The notes beneath the pieces were generated by a model, which did no database searches, was not told the DNA's origin, and saw nothing but the letters and a program-made list of their open reading frames with translations. A stretch of DNA of 64,000 nucleotides from Thalia democratica (taxonomy: Eukaryota), in NCBI GenBank assembly GCA_965202585.1, contig OZ241834.1, positions 25,544,001 to 25,608,000 of the forward strand. Reading direction: 5' to 3'. Of the stretch, positions 61,647-64,000 are shown piece after piece. Each line of letters starts with the position of its first letter. The first letter of the stretch is position 1. Made by a program: the position numbers and the translations under genes.

Positions 61647-63235
61647 ATGCAAGAAAGAAATCGTTTGTTCAATGTTGTTGTTAGTTTTTGTTGGAATATC
61701 AAAAATTAAAGCATAGATTTGATTTAATGGTCTATTTTACTTAACGAGTGAATTTTGTTTATGTATCATTATTTTTATGTTTACAAGTTATAATAGATGT
61801 ATTAAACTTGTAACAGGTCTTGTTCAGTTTTCTGTCGTTTTCAGAGCAGCTTCCACAATGTAAGTGAATAATACTATTTAATAATATTTAAGAATGTTTT
61901 TGAATAGAGATATCTTGATATTTTAAAAAGGGAACAAGTTTTTTTTTGTGCAACTCAATCAAATATGTTTTATGAGAAAAGTTTTGAAGCCAGTTAAAAA
62001 TCTACAGTTAAACGTACTAAACAAAAACTTAACGATAATACTAATAATAAACAACAATTGTTTTTGTATGCTTAATATTTTCACACAAAAACTTTCAACT
62101 AGCCATCGGATACCTGAAAGTGAGGACAGCATCCGGGTATGACTGCAACTTTTCAATGAGCTCCATCTTCTACAACCAGCACGCTGACACGTGCACCACG
62201 GACTACTACAATCTGTTCCTGGTGGGAAAGTCCACGGAAGATCCGTGGTGCGCCACTAAGAGAACCATGGGCGTGTACACTCACTGGGACTGGTGTGAAG
62301 GTCGGTGTCGAAAATATTTTAAATTATTAGTTTCATCCAAACTAGTAAAATTAATTGTGTGCTTTTTAATTTTCAAATGCTAGAATGATAAATAGTTCTT
62401 AATGTTTAATCGTAACAAGATATACTAAAAATATTTAAATATTTTGATTTTTTTTTTCTAACTAACAATACTATAAAAAAAAATTAATTTAAACAACAAT
62501 AAAAGATCTTAAAATGATTAGATCTTTTTTAATAAGTAGTATTTAATAGTAGAGTTCGAAATGCTATTAAAAATTATGATTTTGAAAAGATTCAATTAGA
62601 ATTACTTAAAGCATATACAAAAATTTTAGACGTCTTTAAAAATAAAAGTTAGAAACTCACTAAGTTAATTAATTATTTAAAGTTAAATAATAAAGAAATA
62701 ATACTGTAGATTACACGTGGAGTCATACAATGTCTGCTTATAAAGGACCAATGACAAAAGAGTATCATTTTAATAAAAACTACATATTAAATAATTACAA
62801 CACGGCAAAAGAAGTTTGTAAATCGAGAGGATACGGTTGGGATATTGCTGACTTTGGGTTTATTATCGAAAATGAAAATGTTTCTAATCAAAAACTTTTG
62901 AAAAATAAAAAACAAATAGAAAAAATAAGGTAATTTTAAGTTTTTAAATTTTATTAATTAGACAATTTATTTTCATATTATTTGTTAAGTAATTTTTAAA
63001 CAGTCATTAAGAATATATACACAGTTTGTAATTTATTTATAAAAATAAAATTGAATGTTAATTTTTCTGTAGGGAAATATTATACCCTTTGATATCATAC
63101 GAAGATAAATTTTGGGTTCGAAACATAAACAATGAAGAAATGTGCATCAAGTTTAAACACGGATCTTTGAAAATTGGTTCATGCTTCGAACGAACATTTT
63201 TTGTTTGTCAACGAGACTTGATGTTTATGAGTTAA
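61647..63235 (+). CDS. Secreted protein: signal peptide + fibronectin type II-like domain + C-type lectin-like domain, 5 exons, 218 aa
   Basis: Exons are 61647-61679, 61817-61859, 62103-62300, 62710-62929 and 63073-63235 (657 nt; phases 0,1,1,2). It has a hydrophobic N-terminus (LFNVVVLFSFLSFS), an FN2-like segment TASGYDCNF...DTCTTD...PWCAT...WDWC, and a CTLD-like segment AKEVC...FWV...C...C...FVCQR without EPN/QPD/WND. Confidence 0.85.
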
Positions 63236-63481
63236 AAAGTTCAACATTTTTTGACTTTGTTGATATATAAATGTAACAACTATCACTTTTAAATTATAAA
63301 TATTATTTTTTGCTATACACAAAGTTTTAAAAATCTTATAAGATGAAAAAATAGTTTTGTTTCAAATTTAAATTGTTTATTCTGTTAAATATAATTAGGT
63401 TTTCTTGCCTTTTTAAGTAAAGCTTGAGTTAAGTTTTTCTTACTCAAAACTTGTGTTTTAGAAGAATATCTCACCTGAGAT

Positions 63482-63866
63482 CAGGGTTTCCCAAACTGGG
63501 CCAATACAGAAATTTAGAGAGCAGTATGGGGCCAAAGGGGGGCATGAGGTCATAAATTGAAACTTACACTAGATGTTCTGGAGTTGATGATGAAGAGCAA
63601 AAAAAAGTCTTAGGCAATTTTAGTAGTAGTTTTAAAACTTGTACTAGGTATTATGGAAAAAGTTAGGGGGCCACAAGACGGGGGAGTAGTCACACGGCCA
63701 TAGTTTTAAACTTTCACTAAATATTCTGGAGTTGATGATGAAGAGCAAAAATAATAAGGTCTTCGGCAGTTTTAGTGGCATGTTTTGCGAAATCCTGTTG
63801 AAGGGGGCTATAGCTTTTTTAATTTCTCTAAAGGGGGCCTTTTGAAAAAAATTTTGGGAAACCCTG
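63482..63866. mobile_element. hAT MITE, 385 bp, CAGGGTTTCCCAAA family
   Basis: TIRs CAGGGTTTCCCAAA / TTTGGGAAACCCTG, with TSD cctgagat / ccttatat (6/8). Internal direct repeat ttctggagttgatgatgaagagcaaaaa. Confidence 0.88.
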
Positions 63867-64000
63867 CCTTATATAAAGCTTAACAAAATCATATTAAAAA
63901 TATCTACAAATTTTTTGCAGAGTTATATAATTGTTATGCAATTTAAATTTTATAAATATAATGTTATCTCTATTGATTAAAAACAATCAAAATAAAACAA

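Overview
Eukaryotic (animal) genomic DNA. The background is extremely AT-rich (roughly 20-25% GC by eye), with canonical GT-AG introns and sharply GC-enriched coding exons. The gene families resemble those I know from ascidians/tunicates, but that assignment is inference only. I reconstructed five genes by hand. (1) An intronless orphan 7TM/GPCR-like gene (+, 14252-15181). (2) A 6-exon GT31 beta-1,3-galactosyltransferase-like gene with intact splice sites but two in-frame stops (-, 28367-22664). (3) An 8-exon SH3BP5/parcas-family Rab11-GEF gene (-, 52586-42332, 401 aa). (4, 5) A tandem pair of secreted FN2 + C-type-lectin-fold genes (+, 54976-56635 and 61647-63235); the first copy has selectively killed its frame-neutral FN2 exon. 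The window also holds hAT and MULE-like non-autonomous transposons with clear TSDs, a 954-bp foldback palindrome, a Penelope-like fragment, two degenerate hammerhead-ribozyme motifs and several local segmental duplications. The most unusual signal is in SH3BP5: three different exon 3' ends, each including its GT donor, have been copied into the downstream intron. These copies range from a young 7x78-bp array to an old in-frame 45-nt candidate micro-exon whose changes are mostly synonymous. All counts and alignments were done by eye and need computational confirmation.
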